From Candidatus Daviesbacteria bacterium (GTDB lineage: Bacteria > Patescibacteriota > Microgenomatia > Daviesbacterales > UBA10151), in contig JAQTZF010000001.1 of the NCBI GenBank assembly GCA_028687915.1, forward strand, positions 482,634-546,633: a stretch of 64,000 nucleotides of DNA, read 5' to 3'. This document shows positions 1 through 10,162 of the stretch, piece by piece. Numbering within the stretch: position 1 is the first letter of the stretch; each line of letters opens with the position of its first letter. The notes below the pieces were generated by a model. The model was given only the letters and a program-made list of their open reading frames with translations, ran no database searches and had not been told where the DNA came from. Position numbers and translations under genes: made by a program.

Positions 1-297
1 ATCAGATTTCAACCGTATATCTTTTTCTTGTATTATTTAAAAACACCTTTGCCGGAATTTTTAAATACGGTGGCTTATAACGAAGGTAAGAGTCGTGGTT
101 TTAGTTTGGTGAGTTTCTATAATAAATACTTTTTTGGTGATTGGGATCCAGTTGAGAGCATGCCTAATCCTGGTGTTCTTTACGCAGTAACAGCTAGTCA
201 GTATGATGGATTAAGATACAAGAGTGTATTTGATGTTAAAAAACGTATAAAATATCTGGATGGAGGAGATGCATTTTTTCTTGTAAGTTATCCATGA
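1..297 (+). CDS. 3' part of a probable GT-C (PMT/ArnT-like) membrane glycosyltransferase, 5'-truncated by the window edge
   Basis: Frame is open from base 1 (IRFQPYIFFLYYLK...). QPYIFFLYY resembles the C-terminal region of CPR GT39-like proteins. Its stop overlaps the next ATG (ATGA at 294-297). Confidence 0.55.
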   Translation: MRFQPYIFFLYYLKTPLPEFLNTVAYNEGKSRGFSLVSFYNKYFFGDWDPVESMPNPGVLYAVTASQYDGLRYKSVFDVKKRIKYLDGGDAFFLVSYP

Positions 298-1160
298 AAA
301 ATAAATTAACTGTAGCTATTGCTATATACAATGAAGAAAAGAATATTGCTGGTTGCTTAGATTCTGTAAAGAGTCTAGCTGATGAGATTATTATTGTTGA
401 CGGATCTTCCACTGATAAGACAGTTGAAATTGCTAAAACTTATAATGCTAGGGTAATAATAACAGATAACCCAAAGATATTTCACATTAATAAACAAAAA
501 GCTATAGATTTGGCTACTAATGAATGGATTTTACAACTTGATGCTGATGAAAGGGTGACGCCTGAGCTTTCTTCGGAAATAATAAATATTTTAACCAGTA
601 ATGATGAACAAATTGAAGAGTATGAAGAAAATTTACCAAACAAAAAACTCTTCCTTAAACATCAAGAGCAGGTAGATGTAAGAGATGGTTCTGTGGGGGG
701 AAAAACAGGTTCATATAATGCTTTTTATATACCTCGATTAAATTATTTTTTAGGCAAATACTTAAAGTATGGAGGAGTTTATCCTGACGGGGTAATTCGC
801 CTGATTAGAAGGGGAAAAGCCTATCTTCCATGTAAAAGTGTTCATGAACAAATGGTGGTTAACGGAAGGGTTGGCTGGCTACAACATGACTTGTTACATA
901 TGGCAGACACGTCATTTGAAAGGTACTTGCAAAGGAATAGTCGCTATATAGATTTAATTAGAGATGAGTTAAAAAGAGATAAAGTAGACAAAAATATTAT
1001 ACAAATAGTTAATTATTTTATTTTTAAACCTGTTTATTGGTTTTTCTTAACACAGATACGTCATAAAGGTATTCTTGATGGTTTTCAGGGTTTAACTTTC
1101 TCTTTCTTTTCTGCACTAAGATATCCCAGAGCTTATTTTAGATATATAACAAAACCATGA
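294..1160 (+). CDS. GT2 glycosyltransferase (WaaE/KdtX-like)
   Basis: YNEEKNI, VDGSSTD, WILQLDADER, YPD...RL and VHE motifs. Confidence 0.9.
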   Translation: MKNKLTVAIAIYNEEKNIAGCLDSVKSLADEIIIVDGSSTDKTVEIAKTYNARVIITDNPKIFHINKQKAIDLATNEWILQLDADERVTPELSSEIINILTSNDEQIEEYEENLPNKKLFLKHQEQVDVRDGSVGGKTGSYNAFYIPRLNYFLGKYLKYGGVYPDGVIRLIRRGKAYLPCKSVHEQMVVNGRVGWLQHDLLHMADTSFERYLQRNSRYIDLIRDELKRDKVDKNIIQIVNYFIFKPVYWFFLTQIRHKGILDGFQGLTFSFFSALRYPRAYFRYITKP

Positions 1161-2215
1161 GAATCGCTATTTGTAGTTCACCGCTTTTGGATGGTCACAA
1201 TGTAAGAGGAATAGGTACATATACAAAAAATCTTATTAAATCATTAAGAGGTTATCCTGATTTAAATATACAAGAGTTTTCTAACATAAATGAAGTAAAA
1301 ATGGCTGATGTAGTTCACTATCCTTATTTTGATTTATTTCAAAAGTCATTACCTTTTTATACTAAATTTCCAACAATTGTAACAATTCATGATGTGATTC
1401 CTTTAGCTTACCCTAAGTCTTATCCTGCAGGTATTAAAGGTTCTTTTAATAAGCACTTACAGGTTCTTTCGCTAAAAAATGTAAAAGCTATAATTACTGA
1501 TTCAAAAGCTTCTAAACAGGAAATCATAAAGTACTTAAAAGTACCAGCAAAAAAGATATTCCCAATAGCTTTAGCACCGGCTGATAATTTTCATAAAATT
1601 ACTGATTCACAAAGATTAACTAATATTAAGGAAAAATACTCATTGCCAGAAAAGTTTGCATTATTTGTAGGTAGTGTAAATTGGAACAAAAACATATTAA
1701 ATCTGACTAAAGCCGCATTGGATGCCGGAATAGATTTAGTACTAATCGGAAAAAGTTTTCAAGAAAAGGGTAATCTTGAACATCCAGAGATGAAAAATTT
1801 TAAAGAGTTTCTAAGGCTGTATTCAAATAACCCTAAAATTCATATTTTAGGATTTATGGATAATGAAGATCTGGTTGCAGTTACCAATTCAGCTAATGTG
1901 CTGCTGCTCCCGTCTATCGCAGAAGGGTTTGGTCTGCCTATCCTGGAAGCCCAAGTTTGTGGTGTTCCTGTGATAACATCTAATATTTCCTCAATGCCAG
2001 AAGTTGCACAAAATGGAGCGTTATTAGTTGATCCTTATTCTATAGAAGATATATCAAAAGCGATTATCAAAATTATAAGTGAAGAGAAGACACGTAACGA
2101 ATTAATTAAATTAGGATATGAAAATGTATCGAAATTTTCCTGGGAAAAAGTAGCTCAGGAAACAGTTGATGTTTATAAAATAGTTATTCAAGGAGCTGTT
2201 TCAAAAAGGATATGA
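1157..2215 (+). CDS. GT4 glycosyltransferase (MtfB/WbdA-like group)
   Basis: RGIGTY, VTIHDVIP, EGFGLPILEA, TSNISSMPEV, FSWEK. Confidence 0.92.
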   Translation: MRIAICSSPLLDGHNVRGIGTYTKNLIKSLRGYPDLNIQEFSNINEVKMADVVHYPYFDLFQKSLPFYTKFPTIVTIHDVIPLAYPKSYPAGIKGSFNKHLQVLSLKNVKAIITDSKASKQEIIKYLKVPAKKIFPIALAPADNFHKITDSQRLTNIKEKYSLPEKFALFVGSVNWNKNILNLTKAALDAGIDLVLIGKSFQEKGNLEHPEMKNFKEFLRLYSNNPKIHILGFMDNEDLVAVTNSANVLLLPSIAEGFGLPILEAQVCGVPVITSNISSMPEVAQNGALLVDPYSIEDISKAIIKIISEEKTRNELIKLGYENVSKFSWEKVAQETVDVYKIVIQGAVSKRI

Positions 2216-2216
2216 G

Positions 2217-3368
2217 ATGAACTTTTTGAGAAAATCTTATATCCTTCAGATTATTTTCATTTTCTTTATATGGAGGATTTTACTATTTGTAACATCGTAC
2301 TTATCGGTTTTTGCAGTTCCAATCTTTGGTAACAGGTTTCCTTACTGGAATATGTTGCTTTCCACTATCAATTTACCTTCATGGATTTGGGGTTTTGGTA
2401 ATTTTGATGGAGTGCATTACTTAAGGATTGTAACCATGGGTTATGAATCATCACAATATTCTCAAGCATTCTTTCCTATGTATCCAATATTTATTAAGCT
2501 GGTAACTTTGCAAAGTGGCAATTTTTTAACAGGACTCATATTTACAAACATTATCTTTTTATTATCACTAATAGTTTTTTATAAGCTAATAGAAATAGAT
2601 TTTAGTAAGAAAATTGCACTTTATTCTGTTGTATTATTAGCTGCTTTCCCCACTTCTTTTTATTTTGGATCTTTATACTCAGAGTCTTTATTTTTGTTTT
2701 TTTCTGTGTCTGCTATATATTTACTAAGAAAGAAAAACTTTCTAATTGCAGGATTGTATGCGTTACTTGCTTGTAGCACCAGAATTATTGGCTTATGGCT
2801 AATTCCTCTTTTTTTAATAGAAATCTATTTAGGTTTTAAAAAGAAGGATATTATTTCGAGAGATTTATTTAAAATAGCTGTTAGTATTTTAATTATTCCC
2901 TCCGGATTACTATTATATATGTTTTATTTAGGGTATAACTTTCACGATCCATTATTATTTTTAAACTCACAAGCTTCTTTTGGTGCAGAGAGAAGTAATC
3001 TTCCCATAATATTTACTCCTCAGGTATTCTTTAGGTATATAAAAATGCTATTAAGTGTACCAGTGAATACATTGTTATTTATGAATATTTTCCTAGAATT
3101 TATTTTTACTATATTTTCATTACTCTTATTGATAATTATTTTCAGAAAAGTAAGATTTAGCTACTGGGTATTTTCTTTAGGTTGTTGGTTAACCCCTACT
3201 TTAACTGGAACTTTTTCATCTATGCCAAGATACATATTAATGATGTTTCTTTTGCTGCCATTCTTGGCAAAAATTAGTAAGAAATACTTTCTTTTATTGA
3301 TAATTTTGTTTATTATCTTAGGGATACTTTTAACAGCACTTTTTACAAGAGGATATTGGGTAGCATGA
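2217..3368 (+). CDS. PIG-V/GT76-like GT-C mannosyltransferase
   Basis: Multi-TM protein with NFDGVHY, AFFPMYP, FPTSFYF, YSESLFL, SMPRY and C-terminal GYWVA. Confidence 0.8.
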   Translation: MNFLRKSYILQIIFIFFIWRILLFVTSYLSVFAVPIFGNRFPYWNMLLSTINLPSWIWGFGNFDGVHYLRIVTMGYESSQYSQAFFPMYPIFIKLVTLQSGNFLTGLIFTNIIFLLSLIVFYKLIEIDFSKKIALYSVVLLAAFPTSFYFGSLYSESLFLFFSVSAIYLLRKKNFLIAGLYALLACSTRIIGLWLIPLFLIEIYLGFKKKDIISRDLFKIAVSILIIPSGLLLYMFYLGYNFHDPLLFLNSQASFGAERSNLPIIFTPQVFFRYIKMLLSVPVNTLLFMNIFLEFIFTIFSLLLLIIIFRKVRFSYWVFSLGCWLTPTLTGTFSSMPRYILMMFLLLPFLAKISKKYFLLLIILFIILGILLTALFTRGYWVA

Positions 3369-4024
3369 AAATTACAATTGTAGTACCGGCACATAACGAA
3401 GAGAAAAGAATCTCTATAGTCCTAAAGGATTTAGTAAAAGTTGGTTTGCCAATAATTGTGGTTGATGATGGATCAAGTGATAATACTTATGAAGTAGTTA
3501 AATCTTTTCCCGTAAATTTGCTTAGTCATAGAATAAACCTGGGTAAGGGAGCTGCTCTAAAGACTGGATGTGTGGCTGCGTTTTCACAAGGTGCGGATGC
3601 TGTAGTAATAATGGATTCTGATGGACAGCATAAAGTTGAGGATCTTGCAAAGTTTGTTTATAAGTTAAATGAGAATAATTACGATATGATATTTGGATCA
3701 AGAAATCTTAGTTATGGTGTTCCTTTTGTCAGGTTTATTGGGAATAAATTTGCATCTGTACTAGTATCTTTTCTTTTTGGAATTTATGTGTCAGACTTGA
3801 TTTGCGGTTTTAGAGCTTTTACTAAAAAGGGATATGAAAAAATAAAATGGCAATCCTCAGGCTATGGAGTTGAAACTGAAATGGTTATTAATGTTGGAAA
3901 ACTAAAATTAAAATATTGTGAAGTACCAGTTGAAACAGTTTATTATGATAATTTTAAAGGTGTAACAATACTGGATGCTTTTGGAATATTGTTTAGTGTT
4001 TTAAAATGGAGACTATATAAATGA
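3365..4024 (+). CDS. GT2 polyprenol-phosphate glycosyltransferase (DPM/PpgS-like)
   Basis: PAHNEE, VDDGSSD, NLGKGAAL, MDSDGQH, SD..CGFRAF, ETEM. Start moved to ATG 3365 because of the ATGA overlap with the upstream stop. Confidence 0.88.
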   Translation: MKITIVVPAHNEEKRISIVLKDLVKVGLPIIVVDDGSSDNTYEVVKSFPVNLLSHRINLGKGAALKTGCVAAFSQGADAVVIMDSDGQHKVEDLAKFVYKLNENNYDMIFGSRNLSYGVPFVRFIGNKFASVLVSFLFGIYVSDLICGFRAFTKKGYEKIKWQSSGYGVETEMVINVGKLKLKYCEVPVETVYYDNFKGVTILDAFGILFSVLKWRLYK

Positions 4025-4365
4025 TAATAGGTTTACAAGTTACTGCAATTATTTTTGCTCTAGTAATGATTTATTTTGCGTACCTTCACTATTCTAGAGG
4101 GGAGTTAGGCGCACTTGAAATATTATCGTGGGTAATAATTTGGATGGTTACAATAGTAATCGTTGTTTTTCCGGAACTGTTATCTGTATTTGCTAAAACA
4201 TTTGCTATATCCAGGGTGTTTGACTTAATGGTTATTGGAGGATTTATTGTTGTAATCTCTATGGTTTATGTTTCATATGTAAGAACTAAGAAGTTAGAGA
4301 AGAAAATAGAAGAATATGTAAGAACTGAAGCTTTAAATACTGTAGAAAAGAATAAGAAAAAATAA
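4021..4365 (+). CDS. DUF2304-like small membrane protein
   Basis: Three hydrophobic segments, a W..IW...FP...F.ISR..D pattern, charged C-terminal helix ending VR.EAL; coupled to the preceding GT2. Confidence 0.75.
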   Translation: MIIGLQVTAIIFALVMIYFAYLHYSRGELGALEILSWVIIWMVTIVIVVFPELLSVFAKTFAISRVFDLMVIGGFIVVISMVYVSYVRTKKLEKKIEEYVRTEALNTVEKNKKK

Positions 4366-4424
4366 TTAAATATCTTACAATTCTTTAATAAACTTTATTT
4401 GTTACTTCAGAATTAAAATAAATA

Positions 4425-5426
4425 ATGAAAATACTTATAACAGGAGCTGCAGGATTTATTGGTAGTCATTTAGTTGATTTACTATTAGCTGAAGGAGTTA
4501 AACATTCTGATTTAAAATTACTTATCCCTGTTGGTGAATCGTTAGACAATTTACCAAAAAAGCCCTTTGAAATTATTAGGGGTGATATACGTGATAAAAA
4601 GGTTGTACAAAAGGCTATGGAGGGGGTACAGATAGTCTATCATTTAGCAGCAAGAATTGATTTTGATGGGAAAAGTTATGCTGAGTATAAAGACGTAAAC
4701 GTGGACGGTACTCAAAACTTATTAGATTCTAGCAGAGACAAAAAGCTTCAAAAATTTGTTTTCTTTTCTAGTATTGGTGTATTTGGCCTTCCTGCTGGAA
4801 TTGGGGATATTATCAACTGGGATGAAAACCATCCTAAGACATATACAAATTTTTATGGTGAATCTAAATATGAAGGGGAGAAAAGAGTTATAGAAGCATA
4901 TGATAAATGGAAGATTCCTTATGCTATTATTCGTCCAGCAAGTGTTTATGGTCCAAGAGAAAAAGGGCCTACATTGGGCTTATATAAGGCAATTAAGAAT
5001 CATCAATTTATTATGATTGGTGACGGTAGTAATAAAATGCATTATGTATTTGTAACAGATTTAGTTAAAGCAGCGCGTTTGGCACAGTTAAGTAAGAAGC
5101 CAACTGGGGATTATATAATTGGTGGTCAAAATGCAGATAGATTTATAGATATTGCAAACTCTGTTGCTACGAGTATTAATATGAAGATTCCACGTTTTTT
5201 CTTACCTAAAACATTAGCATTGGCAGTAAGCTATATTATGGAATTTGTTGGAAATATAACTGGGATTAAATTCCCGCTTTTCCCTTCTCGTGTCAGAACT
5301 ATGACGACATCTTATTTTTATAATATAAGTAAGGTTCAAAAAGAGTTAGGATATGATCCACAGATAGATTTTAGAAAAGGATCTAAGATTACCGGTGAGT
5401 GGTATATGCAAAATAAGCTTTTATGA
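4425..5426 (+). CDS. NAD-dependent epimerase/dehydratase (extended SDR)
   Basis: TGAAGFIG, HLAA, VNVDGT, YGESK, RPASVYGP. Confidence 0.9.
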   Translation: MKILITGAAGFIGSHLVDLLLAEGVKHSDLKLLIPVGESLDNLPKKPFEIIRGDIRDKKVVQKAMEGVQIVYHLAARIDFDGKSYAEYKDVNVDGTQNLLDSSRDKKLQKFVFFSSIGVFGLPAGIGDIINWDENHPKTYTNFYGESKYEGEKRVIEAYDKWKIPYAIIRPASVYGPREKGPTLGLYKAIKNHQFIMIGDGSNKMHYVFVTDLVKAARLAQLSKKPTGDYIIGGQNADRFIDIANSVATSINMKIPRFFLPKTLALAVSYIMEFVGNITGIKFPLFPSRVRTMTTSYFYNISKVQKELGYDPQIDFRKGSKITGEWYMQNKLL

Positions 5427-6460
5427 AAGAGCCTTTAGTATCTGTAATAATCGTTACGTATAATTCTGTAAATTATCTTAAATCTTGTTTGAACTCAATT
5501 TTATCAACAGAATATAAAAATTTGGAAATTATAATTGTGGATAATAAATCTAATGATGATACAACAAGTATAATTAAATCATTTAAAGATAAAGTAAATC
5601 CATTCTTTATAGATAAAAACCTTGGATATGCGGGAGGGAATAATCTTGGAGTAAGTAAAGCAAAAGGTGAATATATTTTTTTCTTAAATCCGGATACTTT
5701 AGTAACAGAGGATATCTTCAAATTTTTAGTAGAATCTTTAGACAGTAACTCACAACTTGCAGTGGCGCAGCCTGCAGTTTATTTGATGAATGATCATAAA
5801 ATATTAAATTTAACTGGTAAAATAATTAATTTCTTAGGATTTGATTGGGTAAGAGATTACCATAAAAAGTTATTGCCAGATCAGGGAGAAATAATGTCTT
5901 TTAGTGGTTGTGGTGTAATGATTAAAAAGTCTGCTTTTTTGCAAGCCAAAGGGTTTGATGAAAATTATTTTATGTACTATGAGGATAGTGATTTATCTTG
6001 GAAATTACGTTTACTAGGATATAAATTATTGTTTGTTCCTCAAGCCATTATGTATCATGATTATAAATATATTCCAGTTGAGAGCTATCAACCTCTTAAA
6101 AAAAAGTTATTTTTTAATGAAAGAAACAGACTTGTGACTATATATAAAAATTACAGCACAAAAACACTTCTTTTATTATTGCCGGCAATTGTTATTTTAG
6201 AAGTTTGCATGCTAACCTTTTCGTTGCTTAATGGATGGTTTTTGGAAAAGGTGAAAGGGTATATGTCGATTATTAATATGAGTAATGATTTGAATAATAA
6301 CAGGTTATTTATACAAGAGAATAGAAAATTAACTGATAAACAAATTACATCTGATTATGTGAGTGAATTAAACCTAGATATATATAATAGTAGTATTGTG
6401 CGATTGTTTATTAATCCCTTTTTATTCTTTTATTGGACATTTGTTAAGAGGTTAATATAA
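5423..6460 (+). CDS. GT2 glycosyltransferase (WbbL/rhamnosyltransferase-like)
   Basis: IVTYNS, VDNKSND, NLGYAGGNN, FLNPD, GFDENYFMYYEDSDL. Confidence 0.9.
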   Translation: MKEPLVSVIIVTYNSVNYLKSCLNSILSTEYKNLEIIIVDNKSNDDTTSIIKSFKDKVNPFFIDKNLGYAGGNNLGVSKAKGEYIFFLNPDTLVTEDIFKFLVESLDSNSQLAVAQPAVYLMNDHKILNLTGKIINFLGFDWVRDYHKKLLPDQGEIMSFSGCGVMIKKSAFLQAKGFDENYFMYYEDSDLSWKLRLLGYKLLFVPQAIMYHDYKYIPVESYQPLKKKLFFNERNRLVTIYKNYSTKTLLLLLPAIVILEVCMLTFSLLNGWFLEKVKGYMSIINMSNDLNNNRLFIQENRKLTDKQITSDYVSELNLDIYNSSIVRLFINPFLFFYWTFVKRLI

Positions 6461-7356
6461 TGAAGAAAATAGCCATAACTGGTTTAAGTGGAGTTATAGG
6501 AAGCAGATTATCTAAAAGTCTTCCAGAAGGATTTAAAATATATAACCTTTATCATACTCATAAAGAGCCTATTAAAGGTGTTATGCCTAAACATATTGAG
6601 TTACTAAAACCAGAAAGTATTGATGCGTGCCTGAATGAGATAAGTCCTGAGATAATCGTACATATGGCTTCAGCAACTCATATTGATCGGTGTGAAGAAG
6701 ATCGAAAGTATGGAGAGAAGGGGGATGTATGGAAGGTAAATGTGAACGCAACAAATACAATAGCGACATATTGTAAAAAAAATAAAACACAACTTATATT
6801 TTTATCAACTGAATGTGTTTTTGACGGAGAAGAGTTATCATATGACGAAAAATCAGTTAAGAATCCTAAAAATTGGTATGGAGTGACAAAAAGCAAAGCA
6901 GAAGATATTATTTTTGCAGCTTGTCCGACAGCTTCAATTATAAGGGCAGTTATTGCATATAATGAGCAGGATCGTGAAAAAACATTATTTGGCAAAATTT
7001 TGCAGGGGTTTAAGAATGGTAAACAGTTTAAAGCAGTAACAGACCAAATCATTACGCCTACATATACAGATGATATTGTGAAGGCCATTAAATTGCTAAT
7101 TCAAAAGCCCAAATCTGGAATATTTCATATTTCTCCTGAAGACAAAACCACGGCATATGATTTTGCCTTAAAGATTGCAGAAAAGTTTGGTTTTGATCAA
7201 TCACTTATTGTGGAAACAACGCTGAATGAATATTTTGGAGCAGAAAGAGCGCAACTGCGATTAAAGAATTCGTGCTTAGATGGAAAATGGACACAATCTC
7301 AGTTAAAATTTACTCCACTGAATATAACTCAGGTTTTAGATAAAATTAACTTATGA
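6460..7356 (+). CDS. rmlD: dTDP-4-dehydrorhamnose reductase-like SDR
   Basis: TGLSGVIG, T.ID.CE, VNV.AT, STECVFDG, P.NWYGVTK, DQ..TPTY..D. Confidence 0.75.
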   Translation: MKKIAITGLSGVIGSRLSKSLPEGFKIYNLYHTHKEPIKGVMPKHIELLKPESIDACLNEISPEIIVHMASATHIDRCEEDRKYGEKGDVWKVNVNATNTIATYCKKNKTQLIFLSTECVFDGEELSYDEKSVKNPKNWYGVTKSKAEDIIFAACPTASIIRAVIAYNEQDREKTLFGKILQGFKNGKQFKAVTDQIITPTYTDDIVKAIKLLIQKPKSGIFHISPEDKTTAYDFALKIAEKFGFDQSLIVETTLNEYFGAERAQLRLKNSCLDGKWTQSQLKFTPLNITQVLDKINL

Positions 7357-8525
7357 AGATTCTACAAGTAGTACCTTATTTTTATCCTGCTTGGGCCTAT
7401 GGAGGTCCTGCAAAGCTGGTTTATGATACCAGCAAGTATTTTGCTGAGTCAGGAAATGAAGTAATTGTATATACTTCTGATTCTTATGACCAAAATAGTA
7501 GAATGCCAAAAAATAAATATGTAACAGATATTCCTAATTTAAATATTAGATATTTTAAGAATTTAAATAATCATCTGGCGTATGTTTATAATATCTTCAT
7601 TACACCAGGTATTATTTTAAGATCTTTAACAGAATTTTATAAGTTTGATGTTATTCACATACATGATTTTTATACCACCCAAAATATTTGGATAACTTTA
7701 TTAGCTCTTCTTTATCATAAGCCTTATATCTTAAGTGTTCATGGTTGTTTAGAAGAAAAAAGAATTGCTCAGCGAAGTTTATTTAAGAAATTATTTTTAT
7801 CGTTCTTTGGTAGAAATATGTTAATAAAAGCGAGTCTTGTTATAGCTACTTCACCAAACGAAGTTACAGCATATAAAGAGTATGAAATTCCTGAATCTAG
7901 AATTGTTTTATGCGGACACGGTGTTGACTTGAACGAATTTGTTACTAAGGTTACAAAATTAGAGGCTAGAAAGCATTTTCATTTAAATCAAAAAGATATT
8001 GTAGTGACTTTTTTGGGAAGGATTCATCAGATTAAAGGTTTAGATAATTTAGTAAAAGCAATTAGAATGGTGGAAGATAAGAATATACATTTTGTAATTG
8101 CTGGCTCTAACGATGGGTATTTGCCAACATTAAAGAAAGACATAAAAAAGTATAAACTGAATAATAAAATTACTTTAGTGGGTACCTGTTTTGGAGAGGA
8201 AAAATCTCAACTTTTTAAAGCCAGTGATATTTTTGTCTATCCTTCATATTCAGAAGGTTTTTCTTTGGGTATCTTAGAAGCTGCAGCAGCTGGTTTACCT
8301 CTTATTATCACAACTGGTTGTCATTTTGATGAGGTTGGAAAACAAAAAGCAGGAATAATTGTGACTCCTGATGAAAAAAAGATCGCTGACGCGATTAAAA
8401 AGTTATGTGTAGATCAAGAGTTGCGTCAAAAATTTGGACAAAATGCTAAGCAACTAATTAATACACAATACTCAATGAAAGCTATAGGGGATAAGTTTAT
8501 AAATTTTTATAAGAAAGTTTTGTAA
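7353..8525 (+). CDS. GT4 glycosyltransferase
   Basis: YPAWAYGGP, SVHG, FLGRIHQIKGLD, SYSEGFSLGILEA. Confidence 0.92.
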   Translation: MKILQVVPYFYPAWAYGGPAKLVYDTSKYFAESGNEVIVYTSDSYDQNSRMPKNKYVTDIPNLNIRYFKNLNNHLAYVYNIFITPGIILRSLTEFYKFDVIHIHDFYTTQNIWITLLALLYHKPYILSVHGCLEEKRIAQRSLFKKLFLSFFGRNMLIKASLVIATSPNEVTAYKEYEIPESRIVLCGHGVDLNEFVTKVTKLEARKHFHLNQKDIVVTFLGRIHQIKGLDNLVKAIRMVEDKNIHFVIAGSNDGYLPTLKKDIKKYKLNNKITLVGTCFGEEKSQLFKASDIFVYPSYSEGFSLGILEAAAAGLPLIITTGCHFDEVGKQKAGIIVTPDEKKIADAIKKLCVDQELRQKFGQNAKQLINTQYSMKAIGDKFINFYKKVL

Positions 8526-8530
8526 GATAT

Positions 8531-9223
8531 ATGTTAAGAAGCAAGATAATTAAATATATAAACTTATTATTAGGGGTGGATCCAGTATTTTTTCAACAAC
8601 AGATTTGTTTAAAAAAACATTTTGGAACTCCTTACGGTGGATGGACTATTGCTTTAGAAGGAATTAATAAGAATAGTATTATATATTCTTTTGGTATTGG
8701 AACTGATATTTCCTTTGACCTTGATTTAATCAAAAAATATAGCTTAACTATAAATGCATTTGATCCAACTCCTAAGTCACTTGAATGGTTAAAGCAACAA
8801 AAGATCCCTAAAAGTTTAAAAGTTTATCAATGGGGTATAGCTGATTATGATGGGAAGGAAAAATTTACTCTTCCACCTCAGGAAAACTTTGTTTCTTTTA
8901 GAAAAACAAAAAAAGATAAATCTGATAAAAATATAAAGTTACCAGTATTTCAATTATCTACAATTATGAAAAAATTAGGGCACAAAAGAATTGATATCTT
9001 AAAAATGGATATAGAAGGTTTCGAATATCAGGTTATAGAGAATATTTTGAAAAGCAACTTAGAAATTAAACAAATATTAGTAGAGTTCCATCACCGTTTT
9101 TCTGGGTTTAGCAAAAAAGATACAGAAAAAGCTATTAATAAATTAAATAAATTTGGTTATAAAATCTTTAACATTTCTGATGTGGGGTTAGAATACTCTT
9201 TAATTAAAAAGTATTCTAAATAA
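8531..9223 (+). CDS. FkbM-family methyltransferase
   Basis: YGGW, YSFGIGTDISFD, FDPTPKS, ILKMDIEGFEY, QILVEFHH. Confidence 0.88.
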   Translation: MLRSKIIKYINLLLGVDPVFFQQQICLKKHFGTPYGGWTIALEGINKNSIIYSFGIGTDISFDLDLIKKYSLTINAFDPTPKSLEWLKQQKIPKSLKVYQWGIADYDGKEKFTLPPQENFVSFRKTKKDKSDKNIKLPVFQLSTIMKKLGHKRIDILKMDIEGFEYQVIENILKSNLEIKQILVEFHHRFSGFSKKDTEKAINKLNKFGYKIFNISDVGLEYSLIKKYSK

Positions 9224-9238
9224 ATCTTAAAATACGAC

Positions 9239-10099
9239 TTAACGTTTTTTAGAGGGTTTTTTGATTTTTTCTTTGTTTATTTCAGTAGTGTATCTTTGAT
9301 TTTCCTTTAAGATGAATTTAGTAAAATCATTATTTATTAATTTATCAAACATAATTACATCAGGAATGGTGCAATGCCCACTGATTGGTCCTTTAATAGG
9401 GAGAAGGATGGGTCTAATTACTTTTGGTAATGATTTTCTATAACCTTTGTAGCTTGTAACATTGTGGACTCCTGGCATGATTTTACTGTAACCCTGGTTA
9501 TATATTAGATTATATTTTGTATAGACTTGATCAAAATTAAGACCAAGTTTTTCGCAGATTTCAGAAACCCATTTACAAAAGATAATATTCCAAGCATAGT
9601 AAGTTAAATCCAAAAGTTTTGCTGATTCTGAATCCTCCGCACTATCAAAGATTTCCATTTTTAATTTTAAATCTTTAAAATGCTTCTTTGCCATTTTTAA
9701 AGAAAGTAAATCTATTGGACCTACAATCTTTGGAAAATAATTTTTAATAGAATTGTAAAGATCTGAATGGGTTCCTTGGATTGGAGAGTGTACGATGGGC
9801 ACATTTGTTGCTTCATATATTTTTCTAGTAGTCCCGGTTGTAGTTGTACTATTTATGATTACTAGCCTTGGCTTAATATCTAAAATGTTTTTGGTAATTA
9901 TATTGATGAAAGAGTCAGGATTTATTTCTGGGATGTTTATGTGTAAATAATCAATTTTATTTTTTTGTATTTGATCATAATCTACTTCTCGAACGAAGAT
10001 ATCATAATTGGCTTCTTTCCCAATTTTGGCCATAGCTTTACCAATTTCACCATAACCTAATATTCCTATAGTTTGTTTTTTGGGAGTTGAGTTGTTCAT
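9239..10099 (-). CDS. Short UDP-glucose/GDP-mannose dehydrogenase-family protein (WecC-like, no C-terminal domain)
   Basis: GYGEIG Rossmann motif, STT..GTT, ESAKL and catalytic-type GHC. Only 286 aa. Confidence 0.7.
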   Translation of the reverse strand: MNNSTPKKQTIGILGYGEIGKAMAKIGKEANYDIFVREVDYDQIQKNKIDYLHINIPEINPDSFINIITKNILDIKPRLVIINSTTTTGTTRKIYEATNVPIVHSPIQGTHSDLYNSIKNYFPKIVGPIDLLSLKMAKKHFKDLKLKMEIFDSAEDSESAKLLDLTYYAWNIIFCKWVSEICEKLGLNFDQVYTKYNLIYNQGYSKIMPGVHNVTSYKGYRKSLPKVIRPILLPIKGPISGHCTIPDVIMFDKLINNDFTKFILKENQRYTTEINKEKIKKPSKKR

Positions 10100-10162
10100 T
10101 TAATTTCTATTATAATGCTTTAACTGTGTTAACAATTATAGTGTTATGTTAACCATTTGTCT

